DNA of 58,085 nt, filler included, from Sphacelaria rigidula (taxonomy: Eukaryota): the NCBI GenBank assembly GCA_964200075.2. It is 5 parts of 5 records of this genome, joined end to end, with 100 filler letters (N's around TTAATTAATTAA, not from the genome) between each part and the next. Parts side by side here need not be neighbours in the genome. Positions count along the whole stretch, not along the records: positions 34,914 to 46,449 come from CAXNAA020004818.1; positions 46,550 to 58,085 come from CAXNAA020004819.1; 3 more parts are not named here. One strand, 5' to 3'. The notes beneath the pieces are model-generated. The model searched no databases. It worked only from the letters and a program-made list of their open reading frames with translations, and had not been told where the DNA came from. Positions 35,906 through 46,642 of this stretch are shown one piece after another (the first letter of the stretch is position 1; every line of letters starts with the position of its first letter). The position numbers were made by a program, and so were the translations under genes.

Positions 35906-36917
35906 TACACTAGTAGGCGAAAGATCTCAACACTCTAGCGTTCCATCGGTCGTTCCACTGCGGAGTGTACAACATGGCCGAATACGCCCTCAAACGCATT
36001 GAGGGATGTACTGTACGGCCACCAGGGAACAGGAGTCCCCGACGGTAGCCCATCCATGATACTAGTGGAGGCACTGCGAGAGTGTCTACCGCCGTGGGTA
36101 CTGGTGCGGGTGGAGATACTGCGCAGTATGTGCAGCAGCTGCAACGGAGAACTGCACCTGGTACGATGCAACGACGGTTGCGGGTTGGTTGGACAAAGCC
36201 ATATCCCGTATAGTCGGAGGCAGGATGAACTTTTTCAGAGGAAGAAGGGAGCGGGTCGTCCAACTCGAGGCTTGACAACCCAGCTGGAGGTGGTGTTGCG
36301 GTCGCAGGATTCTAGGACTCGGGAAAAGCGGGAGGGAAAGTGCTAGTCGGAAGGATAGAAGAAGCACGCAATGCGGTCATTCTGTCGGCTTCTGTGAGCT
36401 GGTTACTGTAAACCTCTGGGGGAGGCTGCAGAAATAATGATTCTGTAGGCCGGCTACTGTATCTGGCGGAGACGGCAGAAAATGAAAGAAGCGTTGGACT
36501 TGCGAGGAGTCGCGGCGCTGTAGTCATGCTTGCAGAAACGTCTGTACCATGTGCAATGGGAATGGACATTGTGGGAGCAAACGAAAAATCCTCCGACAAG
36601 TTTAGGTGGGGTTCGTGGGCTCGAGCTAGTTTTGACCCATGTTGAAGGTGATACATTCTGGGCCGACGTCATGCTCGCAAGGACGGTGACTGGAAGGCGT
36701 GTTTGATATGGGAATGGGAACTTACTCATGTTTGGGTTGAACGTTTCTGGGGACACGTGGACGCGTAAAATGCCTCGGATGAGATGAAAGGGGCAATGGA
36801 CGCACGGTTGGAGGAGCTGATGGGGCTTGGCCTTGTGCGCACAGGCAACGATTATATGTCGTTTGACGGAGGCTACTCAAGCATCGCATAGTGTCTAAAG
36901 CTGCGGTTATTTCTCTG

Positions 36918-37015
36918 TAGTACCGGGGGAGAGGTGGGTTGATCCCTTGAGACCACGGGCTCATCCCGAGGAAGGGGAGGGGGTTCAAAGTGCAACAAAT
37001 AAATGAATAAACAAA
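36918..37015 (+). mobile_element. 3' fragment of SINE family B with A-rich tail
   Basis: Matches 11835-11929. Confidence 0.7.
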
Positions 37016-37963
37016 AAAATATTTAAAAAAATACATGAAATAATCCCTGGAATCGTTTGTGACATTACTCTGCAGGTGAGACGAATCCAATATTGGGAAG
37101 TTCACAAAACAGCAGGTAGTCGGCGTAGACGACCAATTACAAATGCCTCTGAGACGTTTATACTACGCGATGATGCATGATGTCTCTGAGGGGTGAGGTG
37201 GGATGCTGTCACCCGAGGCTGGATAAGAGAAAAACCCACGCTCGAGTAGGAGGGCGATGGAGTCTAGAACTGTCATTTGAGGGTAGGTCAGGCAAAGCAA
37301 TGCTCGAGAGTAGTTTAGACTACAGTGTGAGTTTCAACAAGGGTTGAATTACGCCAGAGAATTTTCAGACTGGAGTTGAAAGCTTCAGAAGAGCAACTAT
37401 GGGTTACTGTCAATTTTTGTGGGCTGTATTCGACAGAAATGCTCGATAGAGTATAGACTGCGCTGTGCGAGAGTTGAAGAATATGAAAGGTTTGGTAAAA
37501 CGAGGCCCACGCCCGAGCTAGGGTGTAGTGGAATGTGTGAAAGCACTGCCACTTTTTACACGTGATGAAACAAAAAGGAGACATTCGTGTAAAGCGTTCA
37601 GTCTGAGAGTCGAGTTTTCATTATTGTTCATTTTGTGTTCGTGATGCTGCCCCCTAGTTATGTACGCTAACTTGGGGTGCATACGGTGCAACTGTGAACA
37701 GAAAACATTTTTTTTTTCACGACTGGTCTTGGTCGAGCAGGTTCGGATGGACAAAAATTTGCAACGGGTCGTATCTTCAGCGTTGACTTGCGGCATGTAA
37801 CAGTTAGATCCTGTCCGAACAGGATGGTCATATGGGTGCTCTGCCGCTATGACGGCACTGGCCCGCGCTGAGCAAGGTGCACGAAAGGCAGTGCACAAGC
37901 TGTGCTGCGTGAGCGAAAGACCGCTACGTATGTTGTTTGTGCTTATTTTCCCCCGGGGGGCTG

Positions 37964-38125
37964 AAAGAAAGGCGGGTGCTGTATCTGTGCCCGGATATTC
38001 TGATTTTGATATCTATGAAAGAAGGGCGAATACTGAATCTGTGCCCAGATATTTGGATTTTTGCATCTAGAAAAGAAGGGCGAATATTGAATCTGTGCTC
38101 AGATTTGTGGATCTTTATATCTGTA
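37964..38125. repeat. ~53-bp minisatellite, 3 copies
   Basis: aaagaagggcgaatactgaatctgtgcccagatatt at ~37965, 38018 and 38072. Confidence 0.85.
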
Positions 38126-41051
38126 AGTGTTCTTATCAGAGGGGATGTATCCTGCGTTTGCTATGATCGCTCTTGTGTAGACAGAATTAGGTCGTTAAGA
38201 GTTGAACTGAACATCTTGAAGCAGGGAGGTTGGAGCCGAGAATAAACCGCGGCTGGTATGACGATTCAGTATCCTTCGGGTATCCATGATCGACATCAAA
38301 CATTACGGAGAGAAAATATTCGGATGGCTGAGACATCTGCAGGATATCGAAATGTGTGTTGCAGAGGGGAAATATGGCATGTATACACGTTCACCTGTGT
38401 GCTAAGCCTGGCGATTACAGATATCATCTGTGTGGAGTGTGTCCTGAGCATGCTACTTCTTAAGGTAGCATTTTTGGAGGATCTGTGTACACGGTTTTTA
38501 CACAGGGTGTTTGTTATATGGAAAAGGGGAACTTACGGAAAATACTAGACAGTAGAACTTCATCGTGGATTTGATGAGCAGCGATGAATTCGGTTGTCAT
38601 GTGTTTCTCTTGTTTCCTTGTTGATCGTAAATGCGTTTATTCGCATACTGATTCCATGTGGGAGGATGTTAGTCATCGAATAAATGCATTCAAGTGGTGA
38701 AACAGAACAACAGCAAGTCGCCGTCGTTACGGTTCCTTGAGCGGATGGATCTTCGGAATAATGTTTTGCACAACAGGTGCAGGACAGTACATGTTGCATG
38801 GTCGATCCGTTCAGTAGCCATGCGCACTAACTCACTTCCTTGTTATTCATACAAACTGTTCATGCCTTTTTTGCATCTTAGTAAGCCATACCTCGTGCAT
38901 CGCACCGATACTGATGCATCGCCTATAACCTGCGGCCTGCGCTACGCTAGCAGGCGGAATATCTCGACAACCAGAACACAAAATCTTCACGTACGTCAAT
39001 TCAGAAACTACTCTTGGCGTAAGGTGCATACATGATTACATCGGGGCGACCTAACGGTGCAACACCTACAAGGGCCGAGTACTGGCACAGTCAGCTAGTA
39101 TACTGGCCCTGCCAGTACCTTAGGTCCGCAGCGGAGCCCAGCCAGACACCTCCCCGGGGGCGCACTTTCACGCGATTTGGTTTGAATACTATAGAGCAAA
39201 GAATAAAATCCGAATTCACTTATGGCGCAATTAGATGGGTTTCCGCTCACTAGTAAGGCGTTATAGTGGGGCGTATGTACATAGAAAAATACTGGCAGCA
39301 CTGGCTGCTCTATTTCCAGTGCCAGTGTGTGTGCTAGACAGCCATGCTGTTTTTGCACGCCGCTTCCTTTTATTTTCTCTTTTAACTCGGCGCGCGTGTT
39401 TCCATCGGCATATCACTGATAAACGTCAAGACAGATGCGCACGAACACGCAAACACACACCCAACAATACGGGCGCGGAAAAGAGGTTTTTCAGACTTCG
39501 ACAGACAAAACACACGCAACACGCCACTCGATCGCCAAACGCGAAAAAATCACGTGTATAAGTTACAATATATGTCAGTACATATGATGTGTACATATCG
39601 TACATACAGTACACAGACGACATACATAACATGGCATGTTACATATGTTCCATATCCCACTGATGCATTGGTTGCAGGACAAACAAGGCCTACTACGCTG
39701 ATGGATTCGGACCCCAGCGAACATCATGGTTTCCCACATCGTTTCATCTATCCGTCATATCCACATGTCTGGTCACTTCTCGTCATAGTCACGGTCACAT
39801 TTTGTCACAACTTTGTCAGTCACCACAACCATGTTTCAAGTAGCGGTGAAAATATTCATGTATTTTAGCCGAATCAAAACCGCCATAGTGCCATGCCACT
39901 GTCACAAGTCACACCACATCTAGGCAAGAATGTTTTTGCCCCGCCTGCATACGCGCATGTCCCCAACACATCAGCCAAAACCCTGCAGGTTACACGTCGT
40001 ACTGTCCACATCATGCATTTGCTCCTCCGATTGAGGATTTTCTCTGAAAAAAAAAAGTCACGGAATCGTCTCGTCTAAGTCTTTGCAAGTGTCGCTCAAT
40101 ATGCGCATGTCAACAGTCTGTGAAATGTCTCATATGTCGCATATATGGATTGGATTATTAGTAAAGTCGCCAGGTCCTGTTTCCAGGGGTTCAAATCCCT
40201 TGTCTTAGCTTCAGCGGAGTAGCCGGTTAACACCGCTGTAGCTGCGAGGGGTATGTAATAATGACCTCTGTATGATCTGACCCGTCTTCTGACAACACCG
40301 GGTTCGTCAACGGGGACCGTCACCCCGGGACTGTCAACCCCGGGACTGTCATCCTGCAATCCCCAGTCCGGGCTATGGTCATGCTCCGCACTTGGGGTGT
40401 CCATCCCGACGCCTCGCCGTCCGTCAGTACTACCCATGTCCCAAGCCCTGCTCTGCAAAGCTTACCCAGTCCAAGTCTACGTCGGGTCCCTGGACGCGCC
40501 GTACCCCTACCCGAGTGAGAAGCTACAACCTACACACACCAACTGTTTCGGGTTAGGTAAGCCACTTCTGCCGTCCACATGCCGGTATTACACGGGCGTC
40601 GACGGTAGGACTCTCAAACCTCGTGTTAGCTCGTAAATCAGAGTTTTTTTGTCTACTTCAAGCCCAGAGCCCCCGGCTCCTCCTCATCTTAGTTTAAGTG
40701 TAGCTGCTCGTGAACGTCAGCATCGGTGTCAGCTGGCCTGATTGATGCGCTCCACCTAATGTATACGTCGTCGACCTCAAGGCCGCTGGATACACCAATA
40801 TGTCGGCAGTAATGTCAAGTTCCCATCCCTGGGCTACCTCATCGGCTAGCCATGAAGAAGATCCGGAACGGAAACCTCATCGCTGATTGCACGGATCAAG
40901 GCAAGGAAGTCACCCTCGCTGCCATCCTAGCTGCAACAGCTGCGCAACACTAGAGCAAGGTTACCAGTACACAATGCAGTACAATAATACAACCAAGAGT
41001 GCACCGTCTGACACTTTCTACAATAGCCCCCTCCAAAAAAATGATCCGTCT

Positions 41052-41125
41052 CGAAAGGGATGCATGGTCAATGGTCAAACGACTAAGGCAAGCAACAAAT
41101 GAGTACGCCCCCCCCCCCCCCCCCC
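41052..41125 (+). mobile_element. 5'-truncated LINE 3' end followed by a poly(C) run
   Basis: tccgtctcgaaagggatgcatggtcaatggtcaaacgactaaggcaagcaacaaatgagtacg(C)n closely matches the reverse complement of 53405-53475. Confidence 0.85.
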
Positions 41126-41364
41126 AAAAAAAATGCATGGCTTCGCTACCTATCTGTGTACCGTTTTGGTACCCGACTGACAAGTCGTATGTCGCGGGTT
41201 ACTACTGTCGCCGCTGATTTCCGTCATTCATGCCAGTGTTGTCGACTCGAGTAAAGTGAAATTGATTCAACTGTGGCTCGAGTTGAAGTTGAATGTTATA
41301 TTAACGTCAGCTTCAAGGCTACCGTTTTCGATCAGTTGGCCTTCTGGGCAACCAAGCAAAGGTT

Positions 41365-41948
41365 TTTCCCCGTTTGCATTGTATTTGCGGTGACCATGAT
41401 GGTGGTCGAGTTAGATCATATTGTGCGGGGTGGGAGAATATTAACTCCGCGGAAAGGAAATGATCATACTACGTGGTATCTAAATGGTGGGGCACCCAGG
41501 AGTCAGTGTGGAACGCACGGCTGTCTCTGGAAGTGACGATACCAGTACATGAAGCAACTCATTCGAAGCTGTCATTGATACGAGAGATAATCAGTACGCT
41601 TCGGGCCGAACGATCTTAGTAGGATACAGCTCACCCTTCATGCGACTCGCCGAACACACCACGGCGCTTCGCGCTTGGTAATCGATTGCGAGCCTGGTCC
41701 GGCGAAAACCCGGCGTGCTACGTCCCGCCTTGGTAAGGATGCGAGGTCAATAATGGTCTCATGACTGATATGTAAAATCATGAATACCACGCCCCCTCTT
41801 GCCACCTCTCTCTCTCGTCTCTATTACGAGTAGGAACGGTGCTTCGTCTCGCAAGCGATACGTGGTCAATAGTCACAATGGTCTTATGACTATGGCATGC
41901 ATGATCATGAGTACACACACACACCCTCCCCCCCCGCCCTCCCCCCCG
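41365..41948 (+). mobile_element. Family C copy (41365-41797) followed by a LINE-tail/family-C-tail chimera (41815-41948)
   Basis: 41815-41873 matches the LINE 3' end (gtctctatta..gtagga.cggtgct.cgtctcg) and switches at caatggtc to the family C tail ending gagtacac...ccc. Confidence 0.75.
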
Positions 41949-42002
41949 TCAATGACATCCTCTACACACGAAGGAACACAAAGGAACACATATGCAACAC
42001 AC

Positions 42003-42131
42003 CTTAGCCTCGCAAGCTTTTATGAACAGCTTGGTCTTGACCCCTCCAGCAGCCAGCGCCCCCTGCACGATTTTGTCGTGCAGTCTGTTCATCACGCGAG
42101 GCACCAGCGGCATTACGGTTGGTCGCAGCGC
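42003..42131 (-). CDS. Long-chain acyl-CoA synthetase, internal exon
   Basis: gtgcag|ALRPTVMPLVPRVMNRLHDKIVQGALAAGGVKTKLFIKACEAK|gtgtgt. Contains the LxPT...VPR..NR..DKI motif. Phase 0-0. Confidence 0.92.
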
Positions 42132-43526
42132 CTGCACCACCAAATTCGTTTTTTTTAAACACGCGCACGAAACACACACACACACACCAAGGACAGTTTG
42201 GGGGAACACGAGCAAGTACATCCAGTCAACACGAAGAGCTGCGTTGGAAGATACAAAATCTGATTACAGTACACTCTTCACAGAGGCGCAATATGTTTCT
42301 GTAGGAAATGCCCCGCATACATCGATGGATACGAATATTTGGATCTGGAGCAGCGCGCTCAGAACGCTCGACACCGCTGGAACTGTATTCGCTCGCACTG
42401 CCTCGCCTGATCGCCGTCATGTATCAAAGACGAAATGGTGAAAAAACATATATCCTGTGGATAATGACCAGGGGTGGGTCCGTCAGGGATCAGTTGAATG
42501 TGTAATATCAATCAATCAAATCATTCAAAATCATTCGAGTTCACCAGCAGGTTAGGGCCTTGTTTTTACGTATCATTTTGCTACATCGGAGCGGTTCTAG
42601 ACGCAGCATTTACTGGGTTATCTCGAGTTTTCTCTTTTTTGCGACCGTAAACTTCGGTGAAATTCCCGAGGGGAAAGCCCCGAAGTATTCTTTTACGCTT
42701 CAGTGTGAACGAAGATTCGGATCTTTACGAGGTGAGCAGTCTCATGTACTCGCCGGTGTGCTCAAACACGTGATTTTACGCAAATCGGCGCCTGATCGGG
42801 CGGCGCCGACTTGAGCCCTACCACCACAGACTTTACCTGGAGTTCTCTCTGGAGTCCCCTGACCCAAAGATTACTGTGCAAAGTCTAAAGAACGACAAGA
42901 GCCACACGCGGAATCCTTCACCCGGATATCACCGGATAAAGCGGTCGAAGATTGAGTCCCACACCTTCTCACTCTTTCCGGGTGATTCGAAGGACTCGAG
43001 TCTCACTCATTCTCAGGGTTATGCGGAATAACTCGTAGGACTGAGTCCCCATGAGTCCAAGACCCGTTGGATGTGTGCATTTGTTCACGGTTTTTTCGCC
43101 ATACACTCAACCCCTCCGCTCCTGCGGAATGGGTCCACACTCTCGAGGAATTACGACCCATCTTCGCCCCAGTACATGACCAACATTTGGGCATGGCGAA
43201 TTGGACCGGCACTTCTGCACCCCGTCCGGTCGACGGTCGTCATACTTTCTCTCCTTCTTCCCACGTCTTCGCGTTTTCAACACCAGAAAGTCAGATTCTA
43301 CCCGAGCCAACAATATCTGTCGGACTTCGACACCACAACCTTCCGCCCTAGCTGGCTTTTCATGTATTATTTTGATTTGAATCACCGGGTCGCGGCGGCA
43401 ATGCTCGACAAAAGAGCGCAACATAGGTACTCGGGAGAAATGGGAGAAATGGGAGAAATGGGAGAAATGGGATGACCCTTCGAGACGACGAACTCGTCCC
43501 GAGGAACGGGGGGGGGGGAGAGGGTG

Positions 43527-43992
43527 TTGTACTCATGATTCTGCATGCCGTAGTCATCAGACAGTTAGCCTCGTACTCCTACAAAGCCGGGACGGAGCAC
43601 GCCGGGTTTTCGCCGGACCAGGCTCGCCGTCACCAGGCGCGAAGCACCGTTATGTGTTCGGCGAGTCGCACGAAGGGTGAGCTGCATCCTACTAAGATTG
43701 TTCGGCAGCCTCGAATGCGTTGCTTCATTCCTTGGCCTCGCCACTTTCAGAGACGGCCACGGGTTACACTGGGCCATGGGTGTCTCACCAGTGAAACACT
43801 ACGCGGTGCGATCATCCCCCTTGTGTGGAGTTACGGCTCTCCACCCCGCACAATATGGTCAAGTCGACCACCATTCATGGTTACCGCGAAATAACGCAAG
43901 CAACAAAGCAAACGGTGACCTGGTTGCCTAGCTTACGTAGTGAGTTGCGTGTTTTACAGCGTCGTTACTAACCGACGCCAACCCTCAAGCTA
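43527..43992 (-). mobile_element. Family C retroposon inserted into the G-rich 3' end of a SINE B copy (host 43425-43526 and 43993-44015)
   Basis: Host reads ...ctcgtcccgaggaac-GGGG...GGAGAGGGTG | element | GGGGAGGGGTG-tcgaaagtacgac, against the intact host cccgagaaaggggaggggttcaaagtgcgac. This gives an imperfect ~11-bp TSD. Confidence 0.75.
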
Positions 43993-44441
43993 GGGGAGGG
44001 GTGTCGAAAGTACGACAGTACATGTGCGCATGTACGGCAAGAAAGAAAAAAAAAAGAACATACGTTTACGCCAACTGGTCGATACTTCCAAGGTCAAAGA
44101 TACTGGTACTTTTTTTGTTCAACGTTAACCACAACCCTATCACAACTCAAGGCATCCCGAGGACCCGCGCGCAAGGGCGATGGATAGCTGATGTCCTAGA
44201 TCAAGTATGCGTTGGTAGCAGAGCTTTCAAATCGACGCCGGAGGCAACCGATTTGAGCCAAAATGCGTCCTGCACACGCTGTGCGGACACCTGCACCTTG
44301 AGACTCTCACCCTCAAAAGACCCGAATGTGGCAGTCTACGCCGGAAACCGGTATGCTTTTCAACCACGGATTCAATCGACCAGGTTACGCAAAACTTCCC
44401 GAGATCCGACAGAAAACGGGGGGGGTTGGCATATATGTCAC

Positions 44442-44516
44442 CTGCACGTCTTCAATAAGCAGCGTGGGGTCGCCCCTGAAGAAGCCGATCGCCGCGCCCT
44501 CACTAAACATGGGAAT
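44442..44516 (-). CDS. Long-chain acyl-CoA synthetase, internal exon
   Basis: ggacag|IPMFSEGAAIGFFRGDPTLLIEDVQ|gtgaca. The GAxIGFxxGD..L.ED motif joins ALRPT in phase 0. Confidence 0.92.
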
Positions 44517-45639
44517 CTGTCCAACCGCAAGACGAACAGTCCACATCGTCGTCAGTGCCTTGCGCAATACAATGCACTAGTGCTACTCCTCCACTAGCAG
44601 GTTCACAACACAGGGTACAGTAGTGATGTACGGTCAACCTGTGAACCACACTTGAACGCCGAGAGAGCCAACGACGTAAATGCGCTTGCGATTAAGTTTG
44701 TCGGGAAGAGATTGGCGATCTCTACCGTCAAAACCCTAATCGACCCTCGGCCAGTATCAACTTTGTGAAGCAGATACTAAAATGACGCTTGACCAAGAAT
44801 ATATTGTTGTTAGAGGGAGGAGGGGGGGGGGGGGGGGGGGGAGGGATACCAAAAAAAAAGCCGGGGGGGGGGTGGGTGGAAGGGTTGNNNNNNNNNNTAC
44901 GGGTTTGTTGGGTGGGGGGGGGGGGGGGGGGGGCGGGGGTGCTCAGGATACACTGACAAAACGCTGTGACGAGGCTGGGTTAACTGATGGGTTAATGAGT
45001 TAATTGACTGACTGCGTCTCATGAAAAGAGGTGAATTTTTCCCAGCTCAGTGACATTGTACCCATGGCTGATCATTTTTTAAATGATGCTACGCCCTCAC
45101 CCTAACCCCAACTCTAGGCATACCGAGAACCCTCAAGCAAGGGGGGTGTACTCATGAGCATGCATGCCATAGTCATAAGACGAAGGTGGGTGCAAAGGGT
45201 GCCCTATGCAAAGCGTAGGTTGGCAGCCCTGAAACCGGCACCTATGGAGCCGAATTGGCCAAGAACGCATTCTGCGCACGTTACGAAGCACCCGGGAATG
45301 TCCGACCCTCTGAATATCCGAATTTGGGCGTTCACACTCGAGACGAGTAGAAGCAACAATAAATAGATGGGCGCCGAATTACGACAAACTTTGCTGCATA
45401 TGTAATCCGATGCGTCACGTATCCTGCAGCGCGTGATCACTGGTGACTGGTGCCTCACTCACAAAATGGTCGTACCCGAGGTAAAAGGAATGAAAAACAC
45501 TCGCTTGAAGGAAAAGTCAAGCAGAGAAAGGACAACAAACAGCGAACGGTAAACAGCAGCAACAACAACAGGAGTAACGACCACGAATGACCTGACAAGC
45601 GGCATACCCCATAGAAAACTCATCGAGAATAACACCCCT

Positions 45640-45970
45640 CCCCGTCCCCGCGGTGAGACACCCAGGAGTCAGTGTGAAACTCGTGGCTTTCTCTGGAAGT
45701 ACCAATACCAGATCATGAAGCAAGTCATTGTAGGCGGTCATCTAAATGCATATTAATCAGTACGCCTTGGGCCGAAGAAAACAATATTAGTAGGATGCAG
45801 CTCACCCTTCATGCGACTCGCCAAACACATCACGGCGCTTCGCGGTTAGTGATTTGATTGCGAGTCTGGTCCGGCGAAAACCCGGCGTGCTCCGTCCCGA
45901 CTTCGTAGGGATGCGAGGCCAATGGTTTTATGACTACGGCATGCAAGATCGTGAGTATACCTCCGTCCCC
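45640..45970 (+). mobile_element. Family C retroposon, 5'-truncated
   Basis: Homologous to 41480-41797; ends gagtatacctcc. Confidence 0.8.
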
Positions 45971-46449
45971 GTGGTTATGCTTTGGTCAACCCTCGAGTTC
46001 TTCAACAGAGAGTAAATCCTAAATTTCCGAAAAGATTTCGTGCCCGAACGGATCTGAACAAGATCTTTCCGACGGCGCAAGTTTCGGGGGTCCCCATCGC
46101 CGCCGTTTTTTTTAGTAAATCGAACCTAAAAAAAATGCCACCTTGGGGAGGGGTAGTATCCCCCGTAGTTCATAGTAGTAGTAGCCAGACCACGTACAAA
46201 ATGGGTTCGCTGCTGCAAACGAGAATCACGAATAGCGTGCAATTCACGGCTACGTACGTCGGAGTATTGCTTGATCGTTCCACAACAAGTCGATGCACTC
46301 GAATACCGACAAGTTCCGGCCGAAGTGATTTTATTATGGAAACCCAAAAGTATGCGTAGTACATCCATGCGTGACGTCAGAAGCAAAAAAAAAAAAAATC
46401 GAAAAAATAAATATAACTCACAGTACGGGCAAAGGTGCACGCAGTTGCT

Positions 46450-46549
46450 NNNNNNNNNNNNNNNNNNNNNNNNNNNNNNNNNNNNNNNNNNNNTTAATTA
46501 ATTAANNNNNNNNNNNNNNNNNNNNNNNNNNNNNNNNNNNNNNNNNNNN
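46450..46549. other. Artificial scaffold spacer
   Basis: N44-TTAATTAATTAA-N44. Confidence 0.99.
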
Positions 46550-46623
46550 CGTCCCGGCTTTGTAGGGATGCGAGGTCAATGGTCTGATGACTATGGCAGG
46601 CATGATCATGAGTACACCCCCCT
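46550..46623 (+). mobile_element. Family C 3' end with C-tail at scaffold start
   Basis: gggatgcgaggtcaatggtctgatgactatggcaggcatgatcatgagtacacccccc. Confidence 0.8.
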
Positions 46624-46642
46624 ATCGTAGGATGACTCATTC

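Noticed and set aside
40700-40960. Mariner transposase C-terminal remnant
   Set aside because: Only a vague PH..MKK.R resemblance, with no TIR or catalytic motif.
43955-43995. Helitron 3' end for family C (GCGTCG..CGACGC hairpin, 11 nt, CTAG)
   Set aside because: The CTAG is followed by G rather than T, the insertion has an apparent TSD, and the opposite end is homologous to a LINE 3' tail. Retroposition fits better, making this hairpin the element's 5' end.
46560-46620. Hammerhead ribozyme/retrozyme (CTGATGA in the family C tail)
   Set aside because: No stem II-GAAA or valid stem III could be built, and other copies read CTTATGA.
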